This document shows, piece after piece, positions 20,436-30,683 of a stretch of DNA of 64,000 nucleotides; the stretch's first letter is position 1; the number at the start of each line of letters is the position of its first letter. A model generated the notes under the pieces. That model saw only the letters and a list, made by a program, of their open reading frames with translations. It was not told the DNA's origin and did not search any database. The translations under genes and the position numbers were made by a program. The DNA is from a bacterium (GTDB taxonomy: Bacteria; UBA8248), in the NCBI GenBank assembly GCA_965213625.1, contig CBDBZU010000004.1, positions 3,680,001 through 3,744,000 on the forward strand, in the 5' to 3' direction.

Positions 20436-21962
20436 TCAAGATGTTACCTTATCCAATGGTTTCAGCCCGAACAAGAAAAACAAGACCGCTATGAGCAAAT
20501 ATCCTACAGCTATCCCGGGCGCCGCTCCCCAGCCGAAGAAGCTGACGACGCCTCCGGGTGTGATTCGCCAGGCATGAATTACCCCGAGCCAGCTCAATAC
20601 CGCGCCGGCCAGCGCCCATCCTCCCGCCTGCTTCGGTTCCTTGTCGATCAGCTTCGCCACGATAGCCGTCAAGATGATAGACGTAAAAAGAAAACCGCGT
20701 TCCAAGGTGACCATCCCCACAAGGTGAAATCCAGCCTTGGCGAACGCGTCCTGCCCTACTTTCCACAAGTTCGTACCCGCTCCTCTGAGTGAGGATTCCA
20801 CCATCAGCAAGCCCCAAGCGGCGATGGCGGGTATCAGGCCGATGGCCACGGCCGGTCCGTGGCTCTTTGGCACAGCCTGGAAAGCCTGGGTGAGCATCAT
20901 CACTCCGATCCAGAGCATGAGGGCGAAGAGCGCCTCGCCCGGAATGATTTTTGAAAGCGCCGCTATCGAGCCGGTGAAGCAAAGAATCGTCATCACGATT
21001 CCGTTCAATGCGCTGTAGCCAGCGCGCGCCCCGACCTTCTTCCAGGCCGGATGTCCGATATATATGGTCGTCGGGAAACAACTACCCAGACACGCCGCGA
21101 GAAGCGAGCCTGCTCCGTTCACCGCCAGGGAACTACCAGTGTCGTAACTGTCGCCGGCTGCGGCTGCGCTCTCCAGGCACATCAGGCTGCCCACCAGCGT
21201 CATCAGGCCCATGGGGATGGAAACCGCGAGGTAGTCCCATGCCAGCGGACCGAAAAGCGCGTCGGATAAAGGGCCAAGGGCGGAGGATGGAAGCGCCAGT
21301 CCCACAGGCGCGGGAATTCCCCCCGGAAAACCCTTGAATACGGCGGATAAAACCACTCCCACCGCAACCGCCACGAGTCCCCCCGGCACACCGAAGGGAA
21401 ATCTGAATCCGCCAAAATAATGAACCAGGATAATTCCCAGAGGCACCATGGCGAGGAGCGGGTTTTCCCATATCCTGAACGCGAAATCCATGGAGATGAA
21501 CGTTAGCGCAATGCCCCCCAGAGCAGAGAGCAAAGCGGCCCTCGGCGCGACTCGCCTGATACGTTCACCCACCAGCGAGCCTGCGGTCTCGATCACCCCG
21601 CTCACGAAACAGGCCGCCAGACCCGCCTGCCAGGCCGATTCGGCGCTTCCGGTCTTGAGTTTCACGGGCAACATGACGAAAAAGATGAACGCGAAAAGCG
21701 TCACCGTGTTGAGGCCGTAAGGCATGGCGGTCACATCGTCGCGGCCTTCGCGCTTGGCCAGACGGCGCGCCTGCCAGGTGTAGAAAAGATTACCGCCCAG
21801 AAGGCTCAACGCCGCTGCGGGCAGCACACTGCCAAAGATGAGTGAATCTGGAAATCCCAGCAGTCCTTTTAAGAAACCCACGATGAGAAGAAGATTGATG
21901 AGGTTGTCCATCCACAGGCCGAAGAAGCCGTCGACATCACCCTTGACGAACCATCTAGGCAT
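20436..21962 (-). CDS. NCS2-like (xanthine/uracil-type) permease
   Basis: GDVDGFFGL..DNL, DVTAMPYG, LESAAAAGD, FPTTIYIGHP; many TM segments. Confidence 0.82.
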   Translation of the reverse strand: MPRWFVKGDVDGFFGLWMDNLINLLLIVGFLKGLLGFPDSLIFGSVLPAAALSLLGGNLFYTWQARRLAKREGRDDVTAMPYGLNTVTLFAFIFFVMLPVKLKTGSAESAWQAGLAACFVSGVIETAGSLVGERIRRVAPRAALLSALGGIALTFISMDFAFRIWENPLLAMVPLGIILVHYFGGFRFPFGVPGGLVAVAVGVVLSAVFKGFPGGIPAPVGLALPSSALGPLSDALFGPLAWDYLAVSIPMGLMTLVGSLMCLESAAAAGDSYDTGSSLAVNGAGSLLAACLGSCFPTTIYIGHPAWKKVGARAGYSALNGIVMTILCFTGSIAALSKIIPGEALFALMLWIGVMMLTQAFQAVPKSHGPAVAIGLIPAIAAWGLLMVESSLRGAGTNLWKVGQDAFAKAGFHLVGMVTLERGFLFTSIILTAIVAKLIDKEPKQAGGWALAGAVLSWLGVIHAWRITPGGVVSFFGWGAAPGIAVGYLLIAVLFFLFGLKPLDKVTS

Positions 21963-22138
21963 TGGAGTACCCCTGTTCAAGGTCAACACTTCAAACCGAG
22001 CGCACCTCAACTTCCGGGATAGTAAAACACGCGGGCTTGTTCACCAAAGCCCCCGAGGCAGTTTTTATCATCCTGCCCGTTTTGGTATGCTTCACGCATC
22101 GACATAAATCACCTTCGTGTTCATCGGGGAGAAAAGCG

Positions 22139-22891
22139 ATGGAAGCTGTCAAAGTCTACACGCGGCACGGCTGATACACCTGCGCCCTTACGAGAGAGTT
22201 TCTCTCGTCCAGCGGTCTGGAAGTCATCAACAGAGACTGCACGAACGACACCGAGGCCCAGGCGGAACTGAAGGCGCTCGGCATCAAGGCCCTGCCCGTC
22301 GCCGTACGCGGCGAGAACGTAGTGGTGGGCTACGACGTGGATGCGCTTCGCGAAGCCTTTGACATCGAACAGGCAGGCGCAGGCCCCCTTTCGTCTGAAC
22401 AAATTCTCCATTATTTCGAGATGGTCTTTGACGCCTTACGCCGCGTGATCCGCCAGATTCCATACGAAACGCTCGACTGGGTAACCCCCGGCAGACCCCG
22501 CACGCTTCGCCAGCTCACATGGCACAGCTTCGAGCGCCCGGACCTCGTGATGCAGACTCACGCATCAGGAGAGTACACAGAAGATATGGTGCGGCGGTAT
22601 GAAACGATGGCGAACGATTATGATACCAACGAAGATATATGCGCCTACGGGGATGAGATACAGGCCAAGCTCACCGATTTCCTGACCGACGGCGGCGAGG
22701 CGCTCGCCAAAAAAGTGTCGAGCTATATGGGGCCCATCACCGTCCATGAGTTGATGATTCTCTCGCTCGGGCACGCCTTCCAGCATTTACGGCAAACCTA
22801 TCACTATTTCGAGATGCTGGAGATTGTGCCGGAAAACCCGCTGCAACCCGAAGACTACGAAGAAGTGCCCGTGCCTACGGATCTCTTTTAG
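22139..22891 (+). CDS. Putative selenoprotein: NrdH/glutaredoxin-like domain (UxxC) fused to a DinB-superfamily domain, 250 aa
   Basis: GGGGAG RBS, then MEAVKVYTRHG-TGA-YTC..REFL..LPV..VVGYD in one frame with ORF 22322-22891; DinB His motifs WH and HAFQH. Confidence 0.82.
22175..22210 (+). promoter_or_regulatory. Candidate bacterial SECIS element
   Basis: ACGAGAGA-GTT-TCTCTCGT stem-loop (22190-22208); G-starting loop 23 nt after the in-frame TGA. Confidence 0.65.
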
Positions 22892-22921
22892 TCCAGTTTT
22901 GTTTTCCAAGGAGGCCGCTTG

Positions 22922-24199
22922 ATGCCCTCGAATGACACGTTCCCCCTCCGCGCGAACCGCGCCCGCATGAGGCGTGAGTTCAACGCGCAGGCGAAAATCG
23001 GCAAATACGGAAAAACGGGTCTCGACCGCGTGGCCTTCACGCCGGTCTACAACGAGGTGCGCGACCTCGCCGAGGGCTGGATGAAGGATGCGGGCCTCGA
23101 GACGCGGGTCGACGCCGTGGGGAATCTCTACGGCAGAAAAGAGGGCCGCGTGCGCGGACTCCCCGCGGTGATGGCCGGCTCGCATCTCGATTCCCAAAGC
23201 CCGGGCGGACGCTTCGACGGTCCCGCCGGCGTGCTCACCGCTCTCGAAGCGTTCCGGCGCATCGACGAGACGGGAATCGCCCATGATCATCCCATCGAGA
23301 TAGTGGCCTTCGTGGGAGAAGAATCCGCTTGCGGGATGACGGTGTTCGGCAGCAGCGTCGCCACGGGTGTCGTGGGCGTGAAGGATTTGAAGAACACGGA
23401 GCATCCGCCCACGGGAAAATCACTGTACGAGGCAATCGAGGGAGTGGGCGGGAATCCTGCGCGCGTACGTTCGTGCCGGATTAAAAACGACTCGCTCAAG
23501 GCGTTTCTGGAACTTCATATCGAACAGGGCCCTGTACTCGAAACAGCCGAGATACCCATCGGCATCGTCGACAGGGTGGTGGGATACACGAGAGGCGAGG
23601 TTCATTTCACGGGCGTCACGGCGCACTCGGGCGGACAACCCATGCCATACCGCAAGGACGCCGGCATCGCGGCGGCGGACTTCATGGTGCGCATGGAGAA
23701 CATCGTGAACCGCGCGCCCGATTCCCAGCGCGTAACAATCACCTTCGGCGAGATGGAGGCGCTCCCGGGATGGGTATCCATCGTGCCAGGAGGGGCGAGA
23801 CTTTCCTTCGACCTCAGAAGCAGAAGCCAGGCGGTAATGGATCGCACCCTCGCGCGAATGGAAAAAACACTCGCCGCCATCAAGAAGGAGCGAGGCGTAC
23901 AGGGCCGCCTCTCCGACGTGAAGAAACTGGCCGTCTGCCCCGCGTCCAACAACATTCAAAAGGCGCTCCGCCGCGCCTCCAAAGAAACGGGACACGCCGC
24001 GCTCACACTGTCGAGCGGGGGAGTTCACGACGCCTGCCGCATGGCGGCGATATGCCCGATGGGCATGGTGTTCATCCCCTCGGTGGGAGGGCTCTCGCAT
24101 ACGCCCGAGGAATTCACGCATTTCGACGACATGGTGAAGGGCGCTGAGATCCTCGCTTCAGCTATTTCGCATCTCACCAACGAGAAGGTAAAGGCGTAA
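22922..24199 (+). CDS. Zn-dependent M20 amidohydrolase (allantoate/N-carbamoyl-amino-acid hydrolase family)
   Basis: GSHLDS, GRFDG, GEE, ELHIEQGP, HDA, SHTPEE. Confidence 0.9.
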   Translation: MPSNDTFPLRANRARMRREFNAQAKIGKYGKTGLDRVAFTPVYNEVRDLAEGWMKDAGLETRVDAVGNLYGRKEGRVRGLPAVMAGSHLDSQSPGGRFDGPAGVLTALEAFRRIDETGIAHDHPIEIVAFVGEESACGMTVFGSSVATGVVGVKDLKNTEHPPTGKSLYEAIEGVGGNPARVRSCRIKNDSLKAFLELHIEQGPVLETAEIPIGIVDRVVGYTRGEVHFTGVTAHSGGQPMPYRKDAGIAAADFMVRMENIVNRAPDSQRVTITFGEMEALPGWVSIVPGGARLSFDLRSRSQAVMDRTLARMEKTLAAIKKERGVQGRLSDVKKLAVCPASNNIQKALRRASKETGHAALTLSSGGVHDACRMAAICPMGMVFIPSVGGLSHTPEEFTHFDDMVKGAEILASAISHLTNEKVKA

Positions 24200-24249
24200 A
24201 GCCAACGAATCTCTCGATTTTTTCATATTTTGGTGAATAAAAACGTCGT

Positions 24250-24269
24250 TTATCGGTATATACCGATAA
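24250..24269. promoter_or_regulatory. Perfect 20-bp palindrome, possible operator
   Basis: TTATCGGTAT|ATACCGATAA upstream of the nuclease-like gene. Confidence 0.45.
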
Positions 24270-24316
24270 GGGTAGGATTGCATGTGGCAATCCCACCAAC
24301 TTAGGAGACGGCCGAA

Positions 24317-25102
24317 TTGACAACAACCAACAATTCCAAAAGATGGCTGCCCGGCGTTCCGTATGAAGAAATCGAAAAAATCTTCAAAGCCGCACCAGGC
24401 AATGAGATAGATAGCAGGAAGATTGACAGCCCGGAATCCTCCGCCGCGCTCGCGGCCAATACCTTTGGGTTCTTTCTCAATCGAGCGCATGATCTGCCCC
24501 TCCTTCCTGAATGTGACCAAAGGAAATGGCCACCGGTTTCATTGGCTCTTGAAGAAACTGTCCGCTTCCCTTGGCGTGGCGGTCGGCATCCCGTTCTGGA
24601 TGCCCTGGTTATCACGCCATCTGAGCTCATCGGTATCGAGTCCAAAAGGTTTGAGCCTTTTCGAGGAAACAAGAAAGCCTCTTTTTCTAGTGCGTATTGG
24701 AGGCGGGTATGGGGCGAGCGCATGAAGGGTTACGAGAACGTAAGAGACAAACTTCACAACAACGTAAGACGCTATAAACATCTAGACTCGGCTCAACTCG
24801 TCAAACACGCCTTTGCTTTGAGAACGCAAATCCAACCGGGGGGCAAATACGAAGGCCGAAAGGCCACCCTATTCTATATTTATGCAGAACCTGAGTGTTG
24901 GCCAAAAGATGGCAGACCCATCGACAAAAAAATGAAATTTCAACACAAGGAGGAAATTAAAATTTTTACAAAAAATATAATGGAAGACGAGGTGAAATTC
25001 ATTGCCTGCGCCTATGGAAAATTGCTGGCAGATTGGAAACAGAACCGAGCACCAGAAATTCGAGCGCATACAAAAGCCATTGTCCAGCGCTTTTCGCCCT
25101 GA
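24317..25102 (+). CDS. Putative PD-(D/E)xK restriction-endonuclease-like protein (resembles the PGN_0703-type family)
   Basis: SSAALAANTF, P.LDA..IGIESKRFE, QLVKH; AT-richer than its neighbours; TTG start after AGGAG. Confidence 0.65.
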   Translation: MTTTNNSKRWLPGVPYEEIEKIFKAAPGNEIDSRKIDSPESSAALAANTFGFFLNRAHDLPLLPECDQRKWPPVSLALEETVRFPWRGGRHPVLDALVITPSELIGIESKRFEPFRGNKKASFSSAYWRRVWGERMKGYENVRDKLHNNVRRYKHLDSAQLVKHAFALRTQIQPGGKYEGRKATLFYIYAEPECWPKDGRPIDKKMKFQHKEEIKIFTKNIMEDEVKFIACAYGKLLADWKQNRAPEIRAHTKAIVQRFSP

Positions 25103-25260
25103 AATCCCTTTAAGATTTTCAAGTTATTGTAAGCCTAGGCGTATTATGATAAATTTCGCTACCTCAAAATAAGTAAGTATGAATGTATTGCCGCAGACAC
25201 GTTTGCGGCGCAGCGTCTCGAAACCGAAACTCTATGGATAAAATCGAGAGGGAGAAAAAA

Positions 25261-26520
25261 ATGGGCAGGATAATCAGGCACGTCATTCTCGGATTTGCGC
25301 TGCTCCTCGCCGTGAGCATCGCCTTCACGCCCGCGGCGCAGGCGGCCAAAGAAGTGAAGATTGGATTCAGCATGGCGCTGACCGGACCGCTCGGCCCCGC
25401 CGGCAAGGCGGCGCTGCTGGCCATGCAGATCTGGCGCGACGACGTGAACGCCAAGGGCGGATTGCTGGGCCGCAAAGTCAAGCTGGTCTATTACGATGAT
25501 CAGACCAAACCCGCCAACGTTCCGGGTATCTACGCCAAACTCCTTGATGTGGACAAGGTGGACTTTATCGTCTCCGGCTACGGGACGAACCTCATCGTTC
25601 CCGCGCTGCCCATCGCGATGGAGCGGGGCATGGTGTTCATGGGGCTGTTCGGCCTGGATGCGAACGCGAAGTTCAAATACAACAACTACTTCCAGATCAT
25701 GCCGGCAGGCCCCGACCCGATAGTGGACTGGTCGCGCGGCTTCTTCGAACTCGCCAAGAAGCAAAAGCCCCAACCCAAGACGATTGCGCTGCTCTCGGCA
25801 GATTCCGAGTTCGCGCGCAACGCCGTGGCCGGCGCCCGCCGGAACGCGAAGAAATACGGATTGAAGGTCGTCTACGACCAACGCTACCCCTTCCCCGGCA
25901 CGTCCGACTTCACGCCGATTCTGCGCGCGGTCAAGGCAGCGAACCCGGACCTCTTCTACGTGGGTTCCTACCCGGGCGGTTCGGTGGGCATCGTGAAGGC
26001 CGCGCATGAGATCGGCCTCGAACCCAAGCTCTTCGGCGGCGGCATGGTGGGACTTCAATACACCGCCATCCAGATGAACCTCGGCAAACTGCTGAACGGC
26101 ATCACGAACTACTGGTTCTGGGCGCCGGAGAAGACCCTGAAGTTCCCCGGCATCGAGGCCTTCCTGGCGAAATACCAGAAAGAAGCGCCCAAGCAGAAAC
26201 TCGACCCGCTGGGCTACTACCTGCCGCCGTTCGCATACGCCTACGTGCAGTTGCTCGGAAATGCGATCGAGGCCACCAAGAGCTTCGACCAGGCGAAGGT
26301 CGGCGCCTACATCCGCAACAACACCCATTCCACCGTGGTCGGAAACGTGAAGTTCGGCAAGAACGGCGAGTGGGCGACCTCCCGGACGTTCCAGGTGCAG
26401 CTGCAGAACATCAAGAGCAACAAGATGAGCGAGTTCAGCAAACCCGGCAAGATGATCGTGCTGTATCCCGAGGACTTCAAGTCCGGAAACCTCATCTATC
26501 CATACGCGAAAGGCAAGTAA
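25261..26520 (+). CDS. Liv-type ABC transporter substrate-binding protein
   Basis: Sec signal, VKIGFSMALTG, VNAKGGLLGRKVKLVYYDD. Confidence 0.9.
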   Translation: MGRIIRHVILGFALLLAVSIAFTPAAQAAKEVKIGFSMALTGPLGPAGKAALLAMQIWRDDVNAKGGLLGRKVKLVYYDDQTKPANVPGIYAKLLDVDKVDFIVSGYGTNLIVPALPIAMERGMVFMGLFGLDANAKFKYNNYFQIMPAGPDPIVDWSRGFFELAKKQKPQPKTIALLSADSEFARNAVAGARRNAKKYGLKVVYDQRYPFPGTSDFTPILRAVKAANPDLFYVGSYPGGSVGIVKAAHEIGLEPKLFGGGMVGLQYTAIQMNLGKLLNGITNYWFWAPEKTLKFPGIEAFLAKYQKEAPKQKLDPLGYYLPPFAYAYVQLLGNAIEATKSFDQAKVGAYIRNNTHSTVVGNVKFGKNGEWATSRTFQVQLQNIKSNKMSEFSKPGKMIVLYPEDFKSGNLIYPYAKGK

Positions 26521-26540
26521 CGAACCGGACATAAAACTGC

Positions 26541-26568
26541 GACCGGGGGGAGACCTCTCCCCCCGGTC
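26541..26568 (+). terminator. Strong hairpin after the SBP gene (terminator or mRNA stabiliser)
   Basis: GACCGGGGGGAGA-CC-TCTCCCCCCGGTC. Confidence 0.5.
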
Positions 26569-26597
26569 CGCGTCCGGCTCGTCGCAGGAGCGCATCC

Positions 26598-27470
26598 ATG
26601 CTCAGCTTTGAATTCTTGTTGAACGCACTCGTCGCGGGCCTCCTGCTGGGAGGCTTTTACGCCGCGTTAAGCGCCGGTCTTTCGCTCTCATTCGGTTTGC
26701 TGGACGTCGTGAACATCGCCCATCCGGCGTTCATTCTCTTCGGCTCCTACCTGACTTTCTACGCGAACGAGCACTTCGGGTTCGACCCGGTGCTCGCGGG
26801 CCTTATCTTTGCGGTTCCCGCCTATTTCGTGGGCGTCGCGGTCTACAAAATCTACTACAACAGCTTCGAGAAGACGGGGGCGGAATCCCTGCGCGGACTG
26901 GTGTTTTTCTTCGGACTCTTTTTCCTCATCGAGGTCATACTCATCATCACCTTCGGGGTGGACTACCGCCTCGTCCGCGCGTTCTACATCGGCAAGTCCA
27001 CCTCCATCGGTGCTGTGGGAATCGCCTACCGGCTGTTCGTGCCCTTCCTCGTGGGGGGGATACTCTCCACTGTCCTGTACCTGTTTCTCACAAAAACGTT
27101 TTTCGGGCGCGCCATCATGGGCGTCGCGCAGGATAGCCTCGCGGTGCAGCTCATGGGGGTCGACCCGATTCGCATCAAGACGGTCGCCTTCGGCATCGGC
27201 ATCGCCACCGCCGTGATCGCGGGCTCTTTGCTCATCATCATCGGCCCGGTCGAGCCGACAATCGGACGCGAATACATCGGCCGCGTGTTCGCGGTCACCG
27301 TCCTCGGCGGGCTGGGCAGCATGACGGGCACGCTCGTGGGCGCGCTCATCCTGGGCGTCGCGGAGAGCTTCACCTCTTCGTTCTTCGGCCCATCCTGGGC
27401 GCTGGCCGTCTCGTTCGGCATTCTGCTCATCTGCCTGGCGGTCCGGCCGTCCGGCCTCTTCGGGAGGTAG
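26598..27470 (+). CDS. Branched-chain amino acid ABC permease (LivH-like)
   Basis: GLSLSFGLLDVVNIAH, VLGGLGS, RPSGLFG. Confidence 0.9.
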   Translation: MLSFEFLLNALVAGLLLGGFYAALSAGLSLSFGLLDVVNIAHPAFILFGSYLTFYANEHFGFDPVLAGLIFAVPAYFVGVAVYKIYYNSFEKTGAESLRGLVFFFGLFFLIEVILIITFGVDYRLVRAFYIGKSTSIGAVGIAYRLFVPFLVGGILSTVLYLFLTKTFFGRAIMGVAQDSLAVQLMGVDPIRIKTVAFGIGIATAVIAGSLLIIIGPVEPTIGREYIGRVFAVTVLGGLGSMTGTLVGALILGVAESFTSSFFGPSWALAVSFGILLICLAVRPSGLFGR

Positions 27471-27473
27471 CCC

Positions 27474-28433
27474 TTGAGTAACGAAAAGAGGCTCTTCCTG
27501 ATCGTGGCCGCCGTACTCGTAGTCGGGGCATTCCTCATCACGACCCAGATGGAGAACCGCTTCTACTACAAGGCGGCCTACGTCGTCTTGCAGTACGTCG
27601 TCCTGGCCACCGCCTGGAACATCCTGGGAGGCTACACCGGATATGTGAATTTCGGCACGGCGGCGTTCTTCGCCATGGGCGCCTATACCGCCGTGGCGCT
27701 TATCAAGACCTGGAAGCCACCCCTCTACGTGCTGCTCATCTCGGGAGGCATCGTCTCGGGCCTCCTGGGACTCGGAATCGGCTACCTGACCTTGAGGCTC
27801 AGGGGCGTGTTCTTCTCCATCGCCACCCTCGCGCTGGCCGTCGTGCTCCAGATGGTCGTCTCGAACTGGGACTACGTGGGCGGCGGCGCGGGCACGGCCA
27901 TCCTGAAACCAAGGAGCGTGCCGCTGTTCTCGAACTACGACGAGTTCCTCTTCTTCGTCATGGCGGCGCTCGCCGTGGTCGCCGTGGCCGTCGCCTGGCT
28001 CATCGAGAAATCCTGGGTCGGGCGGGGAATGGCCGCCATCCGCGACAACGAAGAAGCGGCCGAGTGCATGGGCGTGCCCATTCTCAAAATCAAGCTGTTC
28101 GCCACCACGGTGAGCGGGGCGCTGATGGGAATCGCGGGCGCGCCGTTTTCCTATTTCGTCGTCTACATCGAACCCACATCGGCCTTTCACCTGGACTACG
28201 CTGTGAACAGCCTCGCCATGCCCATGATCGGCGGCACTACCTCTTGGCTGGGTCCGCTGGTCGGCGCGGTTCTGGTCGGCACTGCCCAGCAGATAGCCAC
28301 CGTCACCCTCTCCGCCGAGATGAACCTGCTCATCGTGGGCAGCCTGCTCGTTGGCTTCGTGGTGTTCGCACCCGACGGCCTCGTGGGCCTGTTCGGCAAG
28401 ATTCGCGCGCGCTTCGTGGGCAAGGAGGCGTGA
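27474..28433 (+). CDS. Branched-chain amino acid ABC permease (LivM-like)
   Basis: WNILGGYTGYVNFG, LRLRGVFFSIATL, AIRDNEEAA. Confidence 0.9.
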   Translation: MSNEKRLFLIVAAVLVVGAFLITTQMENRFYYKAAYVVLQYVVLATAWNILGGYTGYVNFGTAAFFAMGAYTAVALIKTWKPPLYVLLISGGIVSGLLGLGIGYLTLRLRGVFFSIATLALAVVLQMVVSNWDYVGGGAGTAILKPRSVPLFSNYDEFLFFVMAALAVVAVAVAWLIEKSWVGRGMAAIRDNEEAAECMGVPILKIKLFATTVSGALMGIAGAPFSYFVVYIEPTSAFHLDYAVNSLAMPMIGGTTSWLGPLVGAVLVGTAQQIATVTLSAEMNLLIVGSLLVGFVVFAPDGLVGLFGKIRARFVGKEA

Positions 28434-29158
28434 TGAGCGAGAATCTCCTCGACGTACACGGCGTCACCAAGCGATTCGGCGGATTCAGCGCGCTCACCAA
28501 AGTGGACCTGCACGTGAAGGAAAACGAGCGCTTCGGCCTCATCGGTCCCAACGGCTCGGGCAAGACAACCATGATCAACTGCATCTCGGGCGCTCTCAAC
28601 AACGACGAAGGTAACATCGTCTTCGCCGGACGGGACATCACCAGGATACCCGCCTACCAGCGAACCCGCCTGGGCATCGCCCGCAGCTTTCAGATTCCAA
28701 AGCCGTTCGTCAGCATGACGGTGCTCGAAAACCTCTGCATCCCGCTCGAATACGCCGCCCACCAGCACTCCCACGGAGTGGAACTGCGTGACGAGGCCAT
28801 GGAAATACTCGAGATAATGAGCATGGCGGACAAGGCCGACGTGCGAACCGGGGGACTCACCCAGATCGAACTGCGCAAGCTCGAACTCGCCCGCGCCATG
28901 GCGGCCAAGCCGAGGCTCCTCATATCGGACGAGGCCATGGCCGGCCTCTCCAACACCGAGGTGGACGACATTCTCGAAATCCTCGTGCGTCTGAACGAGG
29001 AGGGCCTCACGGTCATCATGATCGAGCACATCATGCGGGCGGTCATGAACTTCTCGGAGCGCATCGTCGTCCTCGACGCCGGGGAAAAGATAGCCGAGGG
29101 GACGCCCGATGAGATCGTCAACAACAAGGACGTGGAAAGGGCCTACCTTGGCGCATAG
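28433..29158 (+). CDS. ABC ATP-binding protein (LivG-like)
   Basis: GPNGSGKTT, ARSFQ, IEHIM; ATG overlaps the upstream TGA. Confidence 0.9.
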   Translation: MSENLLDVHGVTKRFGGFSALTKVDLHVKENERFGLIGPNGSGKTTMINCISGALNNDEGNIVFAGRDITRIPAYQRTRLGIARSFQIPKPFVSMTVLENLCIPLEYAAHQHSHGVELRDEAMEILEIMSMADKADVRTGGLTQIELRKLELARAMAAKPRLLISDEAMAGLSNTEVDDILEILVRLNEEGLTVIMIEHIMRAVMNFSERIVVLDAGEKIAEGTPDEIVNNKDVERAYLGA

Positions 29159-29879
29159 CATCGTCGTCGACAACGTATCCGCTGGCTACGGCGCCGTGCG
29201 CGTGCTGCACGGGGTCTCCATCGAGGTGAACGACGGGGAGACCGTGGTGCTGCTCGGCACCAACGGCAACGGCAAGAGCACGCTCATCAAGTGCATTATG
29301 GGCATGGTCCAGCCCGATGAGGGCGCGATTTACTTAGAAGCCGACGGCGAGCGGATCGATCTGGCGGGCAAGAAACCCGAGGAGATCGTGAACCTGGGCG
29401 TCGCACTCGTGCCCGAGGGCAGGCGCCTGTTCCCGCGCCTCACAGTGGAGGAAAACCTTCTCCTGGGCGCCTACCGCGAAGAGGCCCGCCGCGGCATCGA
29501 CCGCAACCTCGCCTTCTCCTTCGAAGCCTTCCCGGTCCTCGCCGAGCGCAAGAACCAGCTCGCGGGCAGCATGAGCGGGGGCGAGCAGCAGATGCTGGCC
29601 GTGGCACGCGCGCTCATGTCCGCACCCAAAGTGCTCCTGGTGGATGAACCCTCCGTCGGCCTGGCGCCCATCCTCGTGAGCCGGGTGATCTCCAAGATCC
29701 GGGAACTGAAAGAAGAATACCAGCTCACCGTCCTCATGGCCGAGCAGAACTTCAATCAGGCGGTCAAGATAGCCGACAGGGGCTACATCATCGTCCACGG
29801 AGAGATAGCCTTCGCGGGCGAGAACACCGAAGCCTTGGTCGGCCACGAACTCGTGAAGAAATACTACCTCGGCGTGTGA
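29148..29879 (+). CDS. ABC ATP-binding protein (LivF-like)
   Basis: GTNGNGKST, MSGGEQQM, DEPSVGL; probable TTG start. Confidence 0.9.
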   Translation: MAHSIVVDNVSAGYGAVRVLHGVSIEVNDGETVVLLGTNGNGKSTLIKCIMGMVQPDEGAIYLEADGERIDLAGKKPEEIVNLGVALVPEGRRLFPRLTVEENLLLGAYREEARRGIDRNLAFSFEAFPVLAERKNQLAGSMSGGEQQMLAVARALMSAPKVLLVDEPSVGLAPILVSRVISKIRELKEEYQLTVLMAEQNFNQAVKIADRGYIIVHGEIAFAGENTEALVGHELVKKYYLGV

Positions 29880-29961
29880 GGCGGCGCGCAGCGCTTCGCC
29901 GCGCGAACCATCAGCTCCTCCTCTGCCTCACCGACCTATCCCGATAACTTAAAAGACGACT

Positions 29962-30399
29962 TTAATACCCCAAGTCCTTAGCGGGGGCATCTGAGGCTAC
30001 CTGTATGACGATGCCCTCGGTTTCATCGGGGTGCAGAAAGAGGATTTCATACCCTCTGGGGGTGTAGGTGCCAGGACCAAAGCCGTGGAGGAACTGGACG
30101 CCGCAATCGGTGAAATGCTTGCCCGCAGCGCCAGTATCGGGCGTCGAGAGCGCGATGTGCGAGAGGCAGGGGCCGCCGTTTCGCTCGAGCATCTTCGTGT
30201 AGAGGTTCTCCGGGTCATAGGGCTGCATGATCTCGATTTCCACGTCGCCCATCCGCAGGAACGTGGCATGCGCCCAGCCGGTATCGGCCACCTGCACGCG
30301 GTTCGGCTCGCAGCCGAGTTTTTCCTGAAACATCCTGGTCGTGTGCTCCATGTCGTCCGTGATGAGGCCCACATGGTGAATCTTCTTGAACATTTTCAT
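29962..30399 (-). CDS. VOC family protein (methylmalonyl-CoA epimerase-like)
   Basis: IHHVG, IEIMQP, LSHIA, FLHP..TEG. Confidence 0.8.
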   Translation of the reverse strand: MKMFKKIHHVGLITDDMEHTTRMFQEKLGCEPNRVQVADTGWAHATFLRMGDVEIEIMQPYDPENLYTKMLERNGGPCLSHIALSTPDTGAAGKHFTDCGVQFLHGFGPGTYTPRGYEILFLHPDETEGIVIQVASDAPAKDLGY

Positions 30400-30567
30400 A
30401 CTCCTCGATTGATGATTGCTCTAAAAAGGCGTGTTGCGGAAAACTTTTTCCCACGTGCCGGGCATAAGAAACACACACGCCCCGGAATGTCAAAACTTCC
30501 CGATTTCACCCGCTCCTAACTTTTACTGCCCGAACAATAAAGCTGAAAATACCCCTTTTTCCACTTG

Positions 30568-30596
30568 TTGACACAGGAATAGCGAGATTCTATGAT
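30568..30596 (+). promoter_or_regulatory. sigma70 promoter of the second ABC operon
   Basis: TTGACA-17 bp-TATGAT. Confidence 0.7.
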
Positions 30597-30683
30597 CCTC
30601 GTATCGAATCATTATTAAAAGGGTATTGGCAGCAGCGCATGAAGCGTCTTCATGTCATTTCATCACCACAAGGAGGAGTATTC

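Noticed and set aside
22322-22891. Stand-alone DinB gene preceded by a pseudogene fragment
   Set aside because: The RBS, UxxC position and SECIS-like hairpin favour a single read-through gene from 22139
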